From Oikopleura dioica (taxonomy: Eukaryota; Animalia; Chordata), in assembly GCA_907165135.1 (NCBI GenBank), contig OU015566.1, positions 8,556,001 to 8,620,000 on the forward strand: DNA of 64,000 bases, written 5' to 3'. Below the pieces are notes generated by a model. That model had not been told where the DNA came from. It worked only from the letters and a program-made list of their open reading frames with translations, and made no database searches. Each line of letters begins with the position of its first letter. The first letter of the stretch is position 1. This document shows, one piece after another, positions 34,779 through 47,551 of the stretch. Position numbers and translations under genes: made by a program.

Positions 34779-35605
34779 TCAAAAATGTAAATAACTCAAA
34801 ATTATATAAACGCCAACCCTTTTCCTATTACAACTCCAGCAAGAGATTCCAGTTCCGACACTTGTTCTTGTTTGAAAATTTCCGACTCCTGAAAACTCAG
34901 ATTTTTCAAGTTTACTTACCTCAGAGACCGTTTTACGCTCCTTTTCCTCCTCGACCGGTTGCTCTTCAAACAAAAACGGCAAATTTGGCCGTTTTCTGAT
35001 GCTCAGAAGATCTTCTAGGTTTCCTTTCGGCAAGCTGAAACTCGGCAAGAGCGAGGGAATGCTGATTTCGTACTCTTCACTTTCGTACTCTTCTTCCGAG
35101 TAATTTGGAAAAACTTCAATTTCCTCGAATTCTTCGATTTCTTCGAACTCACCGTCTTTTCGATTGTCTAAATGATTTGATTATTTTTAGCTCAAAAAGA
35201 AACGTATGGTTATTGAAAGTAATTTCTAATAAAAGAAATCTAAGTTTAAAATCCCGAGAATTCAATATTCTATTTTCGTAAAGGAACACGTCGTTTTCGA
35301 CTCTTTTTCGAACCTTTCTGTTCAACAAAATCCAGCAGCAACTCCACAGGCTCAGACACCTTTTGATCATCCGATTTCATCGCTTCGTCCTCGTCGTCAT
35401 TTCCCAAAGTATTTCTTGTCTTGTTATTGTCGGGTTCACCGTTTGTGTCCGCGAGAACATCAACAACCGCGGCTGGTTGAGGCTTTTCTTCAACTCCTGT
35501 AGCTTCAATTTTTTCGTATAAAATTGCTTGAGCGTCAGAATTCCCAGGAAAATCAAAATCAACTGCCTGATCAAAAGTTATTTCTCTATGTTTTTCAATG
35601 TTCAA
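34779..35605 (-). CDS. Hypothetical acidic low-complexity protein
   Basis: ORF 35270-35605 plus downstream Glu-rich exons (EFEEIEEFEEIEVF...EEEYESEEYE). Confidence 0.35.
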
Positions 35606-36325
35606 CGAACATCAACAATGATGCCACTAGAATTCTTAAGTGCATGAGTCAAATTTACTAACATGCAGGAATTTTTCTATGAATATGTTTTTTCCACGAC
35701 AATAATAGGTTCATTTCAAAAAGCATCCAAAAAAATTGGGTTCTTCGAGTTAATTTGCTTCGAGCAAAACGTTTTTTCTGCTGATTATGAAATTTTGATA
35801 ATGATGAAAATAAAGAAAGTCCTTTTCAATAATCAAATTAATCATCAGTCGCAAAACTCTAAAAAGAGCAAAAGAAACTGCCAACAATTAAACTACAATT
35901 CTCCGTCGTCTCCTGCCGAGCCCGTAATTACACGCTAAACAAATTATTCGCCCTCCATGTTGCTTATCATAACAGATGATAGTGAAAATATTGCTAAGTT
36001 TGGATTTTGGCGGCTTTTTGAACATTAAACGCGACCCGTATGGCACTAGTCCTGTTTACGATTTTCTAAACTTTTTCCTTCGAACGGTAACTGGCGAGGC
36101 TGAATATTTCCACTTGGGGATCGCAAACATCGTACGTTTCCTAAAATACAGAAATTTAATATTGCGAGAAAATCTTATCATTATTTATTAAATAATTGAT
36201 TTAATAATGATTGAAATAATTTTAATAGAATAAACTATTATTACTAATAATTAATTTATTTAAATAATTTTTATTTTTTAACTATTATTTTTTATTAAAA
36301 AATTTATTTATTGAAAACACAATTA

Positions 36326-37657
36326 TTAGCGAATTTTAACCTGTTTGCGAAATTTGCGCTTTCCAATCCTCTCGCATTTGCCACCATAGATAAATACTTC
36401 AGGCCCTTTCAAAATCGCATTAAACTTGAGTCTAACCGGATTGACCATCCGGCCGACAGGCGACCAGTAGCTTTGGAAGTTGTCCAGCTTCAGAATCGCC
36501 GCTCTATTTTCCACCAAACCGCCGAAGACGAAAACGGCGTCTTTGTAAACTACTGTTTGGTGGCCGTAGCGCGCTTCAGGAAGCGTCGGACCGGGGCTCC
36601 ATTCGCCACCTTGGTAGATTTCAGTGGACTTTTGCGGCTCGCCCAAGAACGAGTTGTGGCCACCAATCGCGATCATCCCTTCCGAGGTGGTCGATATTGT
36701 GAATCTGTCGCGACCTGAAAAACGAGTAAGTGATTGAAAGATTTGAAAGAAAGGAAAAAACGTTTTGGAAAACGTTATAATCGTCGTTTTAATATTTTGG
36801 TACTCTGTTGTTTTGAGAAGTAATTTCGTTAAGAAAGGATATCAAACATAAGAGCTAATTTGATCAACAGACCTTGTTGTGAGGCAGGCACTCCTATTCC
36901 ACCGAAAAGGCTCGCTTCTCTAAACCAATGTGTTCCGTTGAAACTTTGAACGGATGCTACGTTAGTTGATGCATAAATATCATTTCTTATTATTTCAGCT
37001 TTGAAAGCCTTTGATAATATCAAACGAAAATTATTTTTTCGCGACGAAATTATTTGAATCAGGCTGTCTGTCAAATGTCCAAAGTGAACTAAAATTCGCG
37101 CAAATCAAACTGGGCGCCTAACCACGACTTGTAGTCTTACGAGTCTTTCAAGTACGTCCGTAACACTGTTAAACGGTTACTGGATTATCACGTCACGTTC
37201 GGCAAAGAGACGACCGCAGAAATCCGTTCCTTTCACAAACGGTGAGCGACTCGAAAGCAGCTCCACCTCGACCACCACATGCCCAAATGCGGCCGTTGAA
37301 AATCGTACTCGCCATACGAGCTCGCGGAAATGACATTTTCGAGTTTGGCAAAAGCTCCCAAGGGGAGTTTTTAGCGGTTTTTGAGAAGACAAGATCACTT
37401 GGTTCCATTCCAGTTTGATTACCAGAAGGTTCTTGTCCTCCTATCAGATAAGTGACATTATTCAACACTTCTATCGTGTGGTACACTCGCCCGAGGCCAG
37501 GTAACAAATGCTCATCTCCAAGGGCGTCGGTAGTTCCCTCTATCGGGTTGATTACATAAGCTTCTGTCAGATTCTTTCGACCACCGTAGACCGCCACGGA
37601 GAAATCCCAACAACGAGCCAGGCTGGGCAAGAAGATTGATAACTTTTTCCACAACAT
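36326..37657 (-). CDS. Kelch-repeat beta-propeller protein with apparent signal peptide
   Basis: Repeated Kelch GG/W patterns (TYLIGG, WELL..MSFPRARM, IWACGG, EWSPGPTLPEARYGH, VFVFGG, VFIYGG). N-terminus is MLWKKLSIFLPSLARCW. Confidence 0.75.
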
Positions 37658-38201
37658 GTGATTTTTTTTTTCTTAGGCAGATGTATCTCTGATTAAAATT
37701 AACGCTCTTATCTTGATTCTAGTGTTTTTGCTAATGAAAGAGTTTTTGTGAGCGGAGCCGCGTTGCTGAGCCATCTTGAGGTCAGGATGACCTTTTTGGG
37801 GTCACGCGAGTGATTACGTAAATAAGACCACTTCAATGGAGCGTCTGACATTCTTCTAATTTCCTGGACAGGTTTTTTTCAGTGACAGGAGTTATTAGTC
37901 TAATGACTTAGTAATTTTCACTCAAGATTTGCTCGTTCTTTTTTGATGGATGACACAGTTTAGAATCGGACAGAATATTTATTGAAGTAGGAATAAAATC
38001 AGAATATTTTTCGAATTGAAGGATCTCTTCTCGTGCTCATTCGTACTTTGGAGTGAATTGGTAGTGCAGAAGGCGGAATTTAACTAATGAAAAACTGCAT
38101 TGAGATTTCATTTTATAAGTGGATTTTTTGTTAAAGTGCACAAAAATCAGAGCTTATAATGCCATAAAATTTTAACAGAAGATGGCGCTGCTAATAGCTA
38201 T

Positions 38202-40086
38202 TTAAGTACCCAAAGGTACAAAAGAGCCTTTGATCTTTATCAAACCTGAGTTATCAGCTGCGGATCTTTGAGGCCATGTTCTGAGAGTCAAGTAAATCGA
38301 ATCCTCGTTTGAAGTTCCGTTTATAGAAAAACCGACGCGTGAAATATCGTCCGGGTAAAATGAGTCCAAAGAATCAGCAATCGGGATCTCGACAACTTCA
38401 AAATCACCCTCGGTTTCTACGAGTTTGAAGAATCGCCCGAAAGTGCGTTTTCTCCGATCAGTTGTATGAGGAAGCGCTTGAATGAAACCATCGTGGACGA
38501 AAAGGTCAAAATATGGATCCATCGGAATATGGAATTTTCGAAATCGTATCTAAAACAAAACTGCTCACGGAACGAAAATGTGAGGTCAACCTACAGTGGA
38601 AGTATTCATAACGCAAAAAGCAGCAGAGCGACAACGCTTCATGATTTGAGTTCCGGAGTGGTAACTACGAAATTTCATCTTGACTCCAAACGCACCGATA
38701 AATACGGGACACTTCGCTCGGTTCATCAAGTTGTGTTCATTTTCGAGTTCAAAATATGACTTGTGAGCCGTAACTGAGAAGTTGTCATTTGAACAGGTGG
38801 CCAGCAAGCAAACCCATCATTCAGTAAATCGGACCCAAGAGGCTTCAAGTTCTGGAAAACCGAGTGCTCGATGACCGTCGCTGTCGATGTAGAACTGTCG
38901 ATGATGGAGACATCCCAGTCGTTCGAGTCGAAACGGTGCGCTAGAATTTAGGCTAATTTTTAGGAATTCAGCTTTGGTGATCTCGGTCAATGGGGCGCGC
39001 TTCCGCTGTCAGAAATGCAATTGACGTGGGAAATTCTAAGTGATTTAAATCTGACAAGCTCATAAATAAAAATTTGACGAAAAGCGCTGACGTCCAAAGC
39101 TTTCAAAGAAAGATTAAACACTTTACTTACAAAAGCACATGATCTTTTCATCCTGAGCGTAATACGCGGTGAAGACTGTCAAATCGAATCTTTCTTTGAA
39201 AACAGACTTGAGCTTGAGTTTCTGCCCAGCTTTGTCGATTGAAAGAAAGAAAATCTCGACAATGGTAGAATCATCTTCGTCGCCAGGATTCGTCGTTGTC
39301 ACGAGTAATTTGTCCGGATTGTTCGTTGGGAAAATTGTCAAGGAAAAGACGCTCTCGGCGGGGAAAATCGCATCACGAATATTGAACTCTTTATCATATA
39401 GGCTGATAAAATGGCTACTGTTGATCGTATGCTGATGAGGATCGTAGGCAATCATCTGATCCCTGATAAATGCGATTTTTGAATGTTTCGTCGGAACCGA
39501 AATTTCCTCAGAGGTTCTTAGATTTGTCAACGTGACAATATCCGATGATACTGGACAACATGATCTGAAGCTCGAGCTTAGTCTCGTTCTATCCTTTTAT
39601 TCGTTTTTGATTAATTAACGTAATTGCTTTTTTGTAATCAATGAAACGATTTCTGAGAAATTGGTGCGGTTCCAGGTCCATCCGCTCGTTTCTCCGTCTC
39701 AAACGTCTCCAGAATGAGGTTTGATTTGAAGCTTCTGACTTTTTGGTACGCTTTGATAAATGTACAGTAGTCGTTGAATGAAGCGATCTTGAAATCAAGG
39801 AGGAGTTTATAAAGAAGTTCAGAGTTCGGATAATTGTGGTACGCTCGTTTGCGCCAGAATGATGGACGAATAAAATTGAACGCTTGCCAGAAATTGTCTG
39901 AAGTAAATTAAGCTTTTATTTTATCGAAGTTTAAAAACGATTGTAGTTGATAAAAAACGGGATTTATTTTAGGCAAGTTTAATAAGCTCTACCTGAATGA
40001 AGTTCCAGTAACTTCTTGTCTGTAAGGCGTTCGATGATCTTCTCACTTATCTCTGGAATGGAGATGACATCCTCAAGCTCCGTCAT
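38202..40086 (-). CDS. F-box-like protein with beta-rich C-terminal region
   Basis: First exon MTELEDVISIPEISEKIIERLTDKKLLEL resembles an F-box, followed by FW-rich helix and beta-rich exons (39123-39530, 38202-38522). Confidence 0.4.
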
Positions 40087-40496
40087 TTTTATGTTTTGGC
40101 CGCTTTTTCTCTGCTATCTTGGTGGTTGAGCTATTACGCTTTTGTTGAAAAAAAAAACTTTTGACTTTCCTTTACGCTTTTCACGGGGGAGGGTTTTGCT
40201 GAGAGTCTTATTTTCAAAGACACATGATTGGCTTACCCTGGAAAGTTAAACAAGCCGATTGGTTCAGTTTTTCTTTGCAAGTTCTATAGGTTCACATGCC
40301 AACCGGGTGGATTTATGGTACTCTACCAATATTGACAACCAGTCTCAACGCTTCAAAGTCTATTTGGCTGTCTTGGTGGGAAGATATCTCCTCGAAAACA
40401 ATAAATTATGGTTTGTTGGCTATATAATTAGTTTATTTATTGTTTAGAAAAATAGAAATGAATCGTTTTAATTCAAAATGGGGATTTTAACGCAGC

Positions 40497-41684
40497 TTAG
40501 GAAATATATAGGATCGGATGAGCTTCAATCTGCTTGATGTCTTTGTCTAAAATGTCCATCTCGCGCTCAAGCATCTCCTTGCGGTTTCGTTTTGGGATCG
40601 TGTCAGTGATAACGCTAGAAACAGGATTGCCCTCTATCATCACAGATTTATTACCTGAGTCCTTGATACTGATGGTGGAGGAGATTCCAGTTGGTCTTGA
40701 GTCCCTCGAGAATTCTAGTTCGCTCCGCGTCGGGAACTCTCTTCATCATCCCACTCTCCAAGCGTTCCTAAAACATTGGTTCATATCTTGATATGTCTTA
40801 ACTTCCTCTAAGCAACGTTGGTTCAGTGGTAGAATTCTCGCCTGCCACGCGGGAGGCCCGGGTTCGATTCCCGGACGTTGCAAGTTTTTGTTTATTTTGA
40901 TATTTTTCGGTTCTCCTCCTTGATTTCAATCGGTACCTGAACGTATGCGTCGTACTCTTTCTGCGCCTCGGCCATTTCTTTCTTTCGCCGATTGATGTAC
41001 TCTGGAGTTCTGCCGTAATCATCCTTCTGCGAGTACTAAAGAAGTTGGTCACTGTTTGTCAAAAGATTGTTAAAAATTATGCTTACCTTAGGGTACATTC
41101 CAGATGGCATCAGCTCTTGCGAATGTCCACCAGGGCTGTCTACAAACTTCGGAATAGGTCGCTTTGCCGTTGATCTTATAGTGCTTATAGCATTCTAAAC
41201 CTTGTCAGAGGAGAAATATATAGAAGACAGCTACCTCTTTGATAAAGTTCTTATCATTCTGCGATGGTGTGTGCTGAACTGTTGCTCTTGGAACGGGCGG
41301 TTTTCGTTCATCCTTGAATAAAAAGAGTAAAAGATAGATTCAAACGGTTGACAAACCGAGTATTTGAAGGTTGGAGTTTTCGGTTTTGGCGTTCTAGTGC
41401 GATCCCGACTCTTAAGAAAATCTTTGGGTGGGTTCAAAGGCGTCTTTAGGTGACCCATCGTTCTCAAATCGTGCTTTCCTCGCGATCTTTCTTCCTTCAC
41501 TTGCTGGCTAATTTGAACAAGATCAGTGTTAATTCATCTTTTTAGAAATACTGTAATTGAAGTTTCTATTCAATTTTCGCTCTCACCTATGTTTGGAGTG
41601 GTAGATCTTGTTCTTGTGAATTTGCGGCAACGAGCGGGGCACAAGATCGTCCACATTTTCTCCTCCGTAGTAAGTCACTCCCAT
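40497..41684 (-). CDS. ENKUR: Enkurin (ciliary/flagellar TRPC- and calmodulin-binding protein)
   Basis: Spliced peptides TMGHLKTPLNPPKDFLK, KDDYGRTPEYINRRKKEMAEAQKEYDAYVQ and ERTRILEGLKTNWNLLHHQYQGLSVITDTIPKRNRKEMLEREM...HPILYIS* match the enkurin domain as recalled. Confidence 0.88.
40812..40882 (+). tRNA. tRNA-Gly (anticodon GCC)
   Basis: GCAACGT/ACGTTGC acceptor stem; D-arm, anticodon arm and T-arm identical to vertebrate tRNA-Gly-GCC (GGTTCAGTGGTAGAATTCTCGCCTGCCACGCGGGAGGCCCGGGTTCGATTCCCGG). A TTTTT Pol III terminator follows at 40885. Confidence 0.97.
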
Positions 41685-42096
41685 CTCTCGGTTGTTCCTT
41701 CTCTCTTTCGTTCAGGAAGTCCGCTCCGAAGGGTAAATTTAGTAATGAAGGTGAAAGAGATGTGTTTGGGCACGCTGCTTTTCTGTTAGCGTCTCGTAGT
41801 GCGTCGCTAGGGGAACGCACTGAATGACACAGAACGCAATAATGATCAGAATATGTTTTCACAAAAAAAAGAATGAGTTACTAGCCATCAAATGATTTAC
41901 AAAAACACGTCCTTATTGATTTCTTGAAAACTGTATGTTTTTACTGTAAAAAATAAAATATACAAAAAATTGCCCCAGCATAAGTTCTCGGAGATAAAAG
42001 AACACTCGTGATCTTTGAGGCGGAAACCGACTGACTTTGATGCAGGGTTTAAATATCTCGCCAGCTCCTCGTTTCTCGCAGATCGAAAAAAGAGAG

Positions 42097-43277
42097 ATGA
42101 TAAATTGGTTGAAATTAAAATGGGGAAAAGGCTTTCTTTCTCTCGTTGCGTTGTCAATCTTCGCTCAGCTTGTTTTTGTGACTTGCTTCAATGTCACAAA
42201 CCTTTCTGGGCCGTCGATCTCCAGAGTCAAGTATAAAACCACGGCCCTCTTTTCGGAAGTAATAACCTTTCGGGACTACATGGAGAGAATAGGTACCTTT
42301 CGGAAATTCGATTGAAATAACTAGACCTTCAAGCATATGAAACTCCGGAGTTCTTCGACACCGTGGACGGCTCTCACGTAACTGGCAGTTTAGTAATATT
42401 TGCTTCGACCCTTCAACTAGTCGGATTCATCACTCTGTCCTATTTTTCTGTTATAACTTGCCGAAGGGAATATCTGGTTCTTTTGGAATGTGTTCATGAT
42501 CATTATTTTTTATTTTTAAAAAATCCTTAAATTTTGTCTTGAACACAAGAAGGTTCTCTGGATTTTGACCATGATAAGCGCCGAACTGACTTTAATGACT
42601 TTCCTGCAAAAATTGGCTCCTGATGTCGAGCCTTGGCTCAAATCACTGTACAAAGGCTACACCGAGCAAACTAATCTTCATTATTATCGTAATAATGCAA
42701 CTATAGGCGATCCTGTTATTCCGAATTTTAATCACACAATTATCTTGAGAAGTCGAGTAGGTTCTGAATGAAATTATTGAGTACATACCGATTTTAAAGT
42801 TTGTCGACCATTTTCACGAAGAATTCAAGTGCTGTGGCTGGACCTCACATTATGATATTGAGAATCGATTCTTCTGGCCAGGCAAATACTGCCAGATTCC
42901 ATCGGATGAACTGGAAGTAAATCTTCGACCTACTTGTCTTTAGTTCTCAAATTATCTATTTTTATATTTTATCACAGCTTTATGAAGGTTTTTCTATTTT
43001 AAGAACTTGTTCAAGCCAAAGCACTCTTTTCGAGTACAACTATATTTTTGGCAATGTTATTTTGTGGCTTCTTTTGATCAAGGTAAAGAATAGCTTCCAT
43101 ATTTCCAACACCCATAATAAGAACTCTTAGTGCTGGCTACTCATTGGCGCCTGCTACAATCTTTATTACCAAAAAGACAACGAAATCAAGGAAGAGCCAG
43201 ACATGAAAAAACAACAGCCTTTTCCGACAACGACAAGGACTCATAAAACTCAAAAACAAATCTTAGAAGAAAAATAA
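42097..43277 (+). CDS. Tetraspanin-like membrane protein
   Basis: Three N-terminal hydrophobic segments, a large loop with EEFKCCGW (CCG motif) and further Cys, a fourth TM, stop at 43275-43277. Confidence 0.7.
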
Positions 43278-43285
43278 ATCATCGT

Positions 43286-45024
43286 TTATTCGTATCCAAG
43301 AAGTCCGCCCTCGCATGGAGGTGGATTGCAGTTATTAGAAAGGCAGGTGTTTACAGAGCAAATTATTGTACAAGACGTCGACTCGGCAGTCTCGGTGAAG
43401 GAGAATGACTTGAACCTTTTAAAATACTCATTTTGAAAATTTATGAAAATGAATTTAATTTTACCTGAATTGAGATACATCATCGACGATCTTTGTTCCG
43501 TTCGGGTTGATATTTTCAACTCCCAAAACTGATGAGTAGCAGCTTCCTTCGATAAGATTGACTCCTTCTTTTTCCCCGCATGAGTATTTGCAAGTGTCTT
43601 AATAAAGATGAACAATCTTCATTTTGAAAAAAAGATTACCAATATAAAACTTCAAGTCAGGAATATTCAGGGTGCTAGAAAGAACTCCACTAACAGGCAC
43701 TCCCATGTAGAATTTATCGTTGATTGCGCCGATGAGATCGAGATTGAATGATTTTCCCCAGCTTCCAATTGCAGAAATATCTCCCTTGGTCGTTATTTTC
43801 GTCGTTCCGATGATTTCTTCCGTGATCTCAGCAACGACAACGATCCCAGTGAAGATGATATCCGCCGTTGTATCGAGTGACCCAGTTGTTCGGGGAGCTT
43901 TTTGAGACTCAGTGACAAGGGTTTGGATGACTTCTTCCGTTTTCTCAGCGAGGTCGGCCGAAGTAGTAATGACGCCGGGTTCTTCAGAATCTGAAACTTC
44001 CGGAAGGTCGTTCGTTTCAGTTTCGAAGATAAAGGTTACAGATGCGAATACTGAGAGCTCAGCGTAAACGGTATTTTGAATTTGAATTTGAGTGGGATCG
44101 GACATTCTTCGTTTTCGTGAATTTAATTCGGCAGCATTAGATTCTTTGACAACGAAGTCTATTATGATATCGACAGGTTTTTGAAGATCTTAAAAGGGCT
44201 CAAGAAACTATTATTATTTTCTTTTATAAAGTTGATTAAAGCCCAGATCCTTCTGGCCAATTGTCGAGGATAAACTTCTTCAAAGCCTCCGCAGCGTCAG
44301 GATTGCTATTGAGTTCCTCAACTTCAGACATGGCAACATCAGTCGCGATCTCTAGTTTCACTTCTGTGCGCAGCACTTCGTCGCCAATTATATGCGCGTT
44401 TGCGGTGAAATGTTCGCTTTCAAAGGGATCGCTGTCGATGTTGACGTGGATTGGGTAGCGGCAAGTGAATTCTATTTTGACCTCGGGTCGGAGGAGGTAG
44501 ATTCCGTCGAATGTTTTAGAAGGGAGGGATATTTGATGAGTGAAAGAAATCAGGTCGCCGTTGTAATCTACAAGTGGGATGGATACATGTTTCATTTAAT
44601 AAGCATAATTTCTTATATTTTCTGAATTAAATCATCCCGCTCTGGATCGAAACCCTGCGATACAGAAGCTCCACAGCTATTAACGCCTGCAGTGTACTGA
44701 AAATATTTTCCTCTCAGCTGAATTCCAGAGCAAGAGTCAGATGTCTCTGGCAAAAGCTCCTGTGTTTCAAATGTGTACGCAGCGAAAACATCATCAGAAA
44801 TGGCAGCGTAGACTTTGTCTGTCCCGCAATGAAGATTGATGCATTTTGGATTGACCAACCTACATGAGCCGTTTTCCTCTTTCCAGCAACCTTTTTATTC
44901 GAGTTTATCTTTTCTCTGTTGATCTCGTACCTGATTCAGGAGTTCCATCGTATAGTGAAGGACACGCAGATCTCTGAGCTTCAATTTGAACAAACGCTAG
45001 TTGAAAAATACCGCCCAATTTCAT
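43286..45024 (-). CDS. Secreted ZP-domain protein with a long acidic/Thr-rich insert between ZP-N and ZP-C
   Basis: Signal peptide MKLGGIFQLAFVQIEAQ. ZP-N-like CINLHCGTDKV...NSCG...IEFTCRYP. ZP-C-like DTCKYSC...NLIEGSC...FRFKSFSF...CTIICSVNTCLSNNC. No TM or furin tail. Confidence 0.7.
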
Positions 45025-47551
45025 CTTAGAGCTTATTTCACAATCCCTTTTAGAAAAATTCTGTCACGACGAAACGTTATGAAGAAACTCGCTTGGGCCG
45101 TAAGCATAAATATCTTTGACATATCTAGGTCAGCATCTAGGTTCCTCGGATCGGAGTCTAAAAACAGGGATAAAAAATAAAGTAACTATTATTAGCTTGT
45201 CTTATGACGGGTAACATGTTCGAGTGGCGTTTTATTTATAGAAAATACGTGTGAATAACGGCGCTATAATAATTTTTTTCTTTTCCAAAGAAAGAATTTA
45301 CACAGGTAGCACAGGGACGGTTTTAGTTCTTCTGAGCATCATCAAAGTCTTGGCAGCTTTCAACTTGTTTTTCGCGTTCATCGATTTTGATCTATCCTTG
45401 CTTTGTACATGGCTCGCATTGCTTAGTTTGATGGAATAAAAATTGGACTTGTCTCAGTAGACTTTTGATCGTCTCCGAGGAAAACTCCGCGTCGATGGTT
45501 GGTTAGAAAGGTTTGACATGTAGCGCGGGGTCTCCGATTGTCGTCGTTTGGCCGATTTAGCTGTGGAATTTGGCCTGAGGAAATAAGGAGGGGATTATTT
45601 TTTGGGACTTTGAGTTGGCGACAAGTTGTCGGAATGACTGTCGGACTCCCGACGGACACTACGCAAAGGGAGAAAAATGTTAAAAAATGAGGAAAAAAAA
45701 TAAGCAAGTTTCTATTTTGGGACTACCAAAAATAGAGTGAGAGTTGCTACTGTAAGCTTCTGACATTTGCAGGACAAATGTATGGCCGGATCAAGTCGGA
45801 TCAAGAGTGCAAATTTTCGAATCAACAATAAGCCAGAATCAACTGATCTCAGAGTTTTTCCAAATGATTACAATATTATCATTTGGCGACATTACGGCGG
45901 AATTTCCAATCCAGCGAAAAATTACAAAAAAACGCATTCCAATACCTCTGCTTTTTGTCATAAAGGGATTGCGAGCGGTTCCTTTGATTCTTTTGCGCGG
46001 CTATTTTTTCGGCGGCTTTTTAGAGCATTTCACAATTGCTTTTTTATAAGAGTCGTTTAGTTTCTTGTGAAATCGTGCCAAGAACTGCAGGATCTTGATA
46101 TTTTGCCAGTCGAGTTATTGGGCGGAAACTGTCCCGCTTGAAATACGCAGATTCTTCCAGGATCTTCTGCCAATTCTCCTTTTCTGCAATCTTTCGAGGT
46201 CTTCGTAGGATTTTATATTCGAACGAGGAGAATTTTGTCTAATGATTTGAATTTCCGTGGTCAATTTCGTGATTTAATGCGTTTTAAAATCCGCGACCTT
46301 TGAGTATTGAGATTTTGACTGCCGAGTAAACTTGTTGAAAGTCGCGAAATGGACGTAACTTCAGTGAGAAGTTCCGAACTCTGACCACTCGAAACTGTCG
46401 AGCCTGGTCTCACTGGTCTGTCACCGCTTTTTGCGCTGCGGACACGTGTGCTTGTTCTTATTTTTTGATCATTAACCGAAAAAAACTATAACGCGTTTCT
46501 ATGAACAACAATCAAAAGTTCTGACCAAAGCTTAATTTGGACGAAATGGAGGTCGTAGATCCGCTGGAAGCGAATGAATTGGTAGATTCGATCAAATACG
46601 GAGGCAGGAGAAGGGAAATTGACGGAGCTGGCGACTGTATATACATTTGTTAGTGATAAGATTAGATATCTAATGGCAATTATTTGAGCAGTTCACTGTC
46701 ATCGTAATTGCCCGTTGTTTAATGAGAACTTACCAGAGAGCGATAAGACGTTTTCGGACGAAGTTTTTTCTTCCGGCTAAAAATGCAAGTTCAGCGCGGA
46801 ACGGATAAATTTTCAAGAGCTTTATAATTGAAGAAAAGAGTCTTTGCGGTATTTTATGAGGAGCCACGGAGGCTACGGAAGACAGGAACCGTTAGTCCTC
46901 TTTGATTTCCATTCGAAATGTCAATCAAGTGGTAAATTTATTAACTTCGTTACGTGAGTTTACCCTGAGAAAATGACAGTTTTGACTTTCTTCGGCTCGT
47001 AGGGATTGATTGAGCTATCAGTCTTTTTGAGAAACTGATAGGTAGACCTCTGAGTTGATCTCTTCAAATACGCCAGCTCGTCTTGTATTTGTCTTCCAAT
47101 TTCGTTGAACTTCTGGACGTCGACTACTGTTCTTTCATTTTGGTTATTGTCCACCTTTAGTTGTTTGAGAATCTTTAGCGGGAGTGTACATTTCCGGTGC
47201 AAAGCAAATGTCAGCAGAACATGTGACAGGATGGAGGAGTTATGGCTGGATTTACGAGAAATTATTAAAGCCAGTGGACGATTGTTTGTCACTTAGTACA
47301 CACATGTGGCGCCATGTGGACTCCCTTCCTCGAGAGGTGCCTGACAGCTGCTGAGGTGAACAAGTTCTAGAGGACTCAGCTTCTTTACGGAATCTTTTCG
47401 GTGGATCTGTGCGTCTGCCTAATGAAGATGACGTCATTTGATCGAATCTCGAAATGGAAAATTGCAAATGTCCAATTAGAAAGTGACTTACAAAAAAATT
47501 ACGAATTGAGCAATTCGAACTGAGAAAATAAAGTGAGGAAAATCTATAGAA

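Noticed and set aside
36160-36310. Very AT-rich low-complexity stretch
   Set aside because: Consistent with ordinary 3' or intergenic sequence; no periodicity or termini seen.
45290-47470. Possible Ser/Arg-rich minus-strand gene
   Set aside because: Fragments look coding, but I could not define a start, exon order or family with any confidence.
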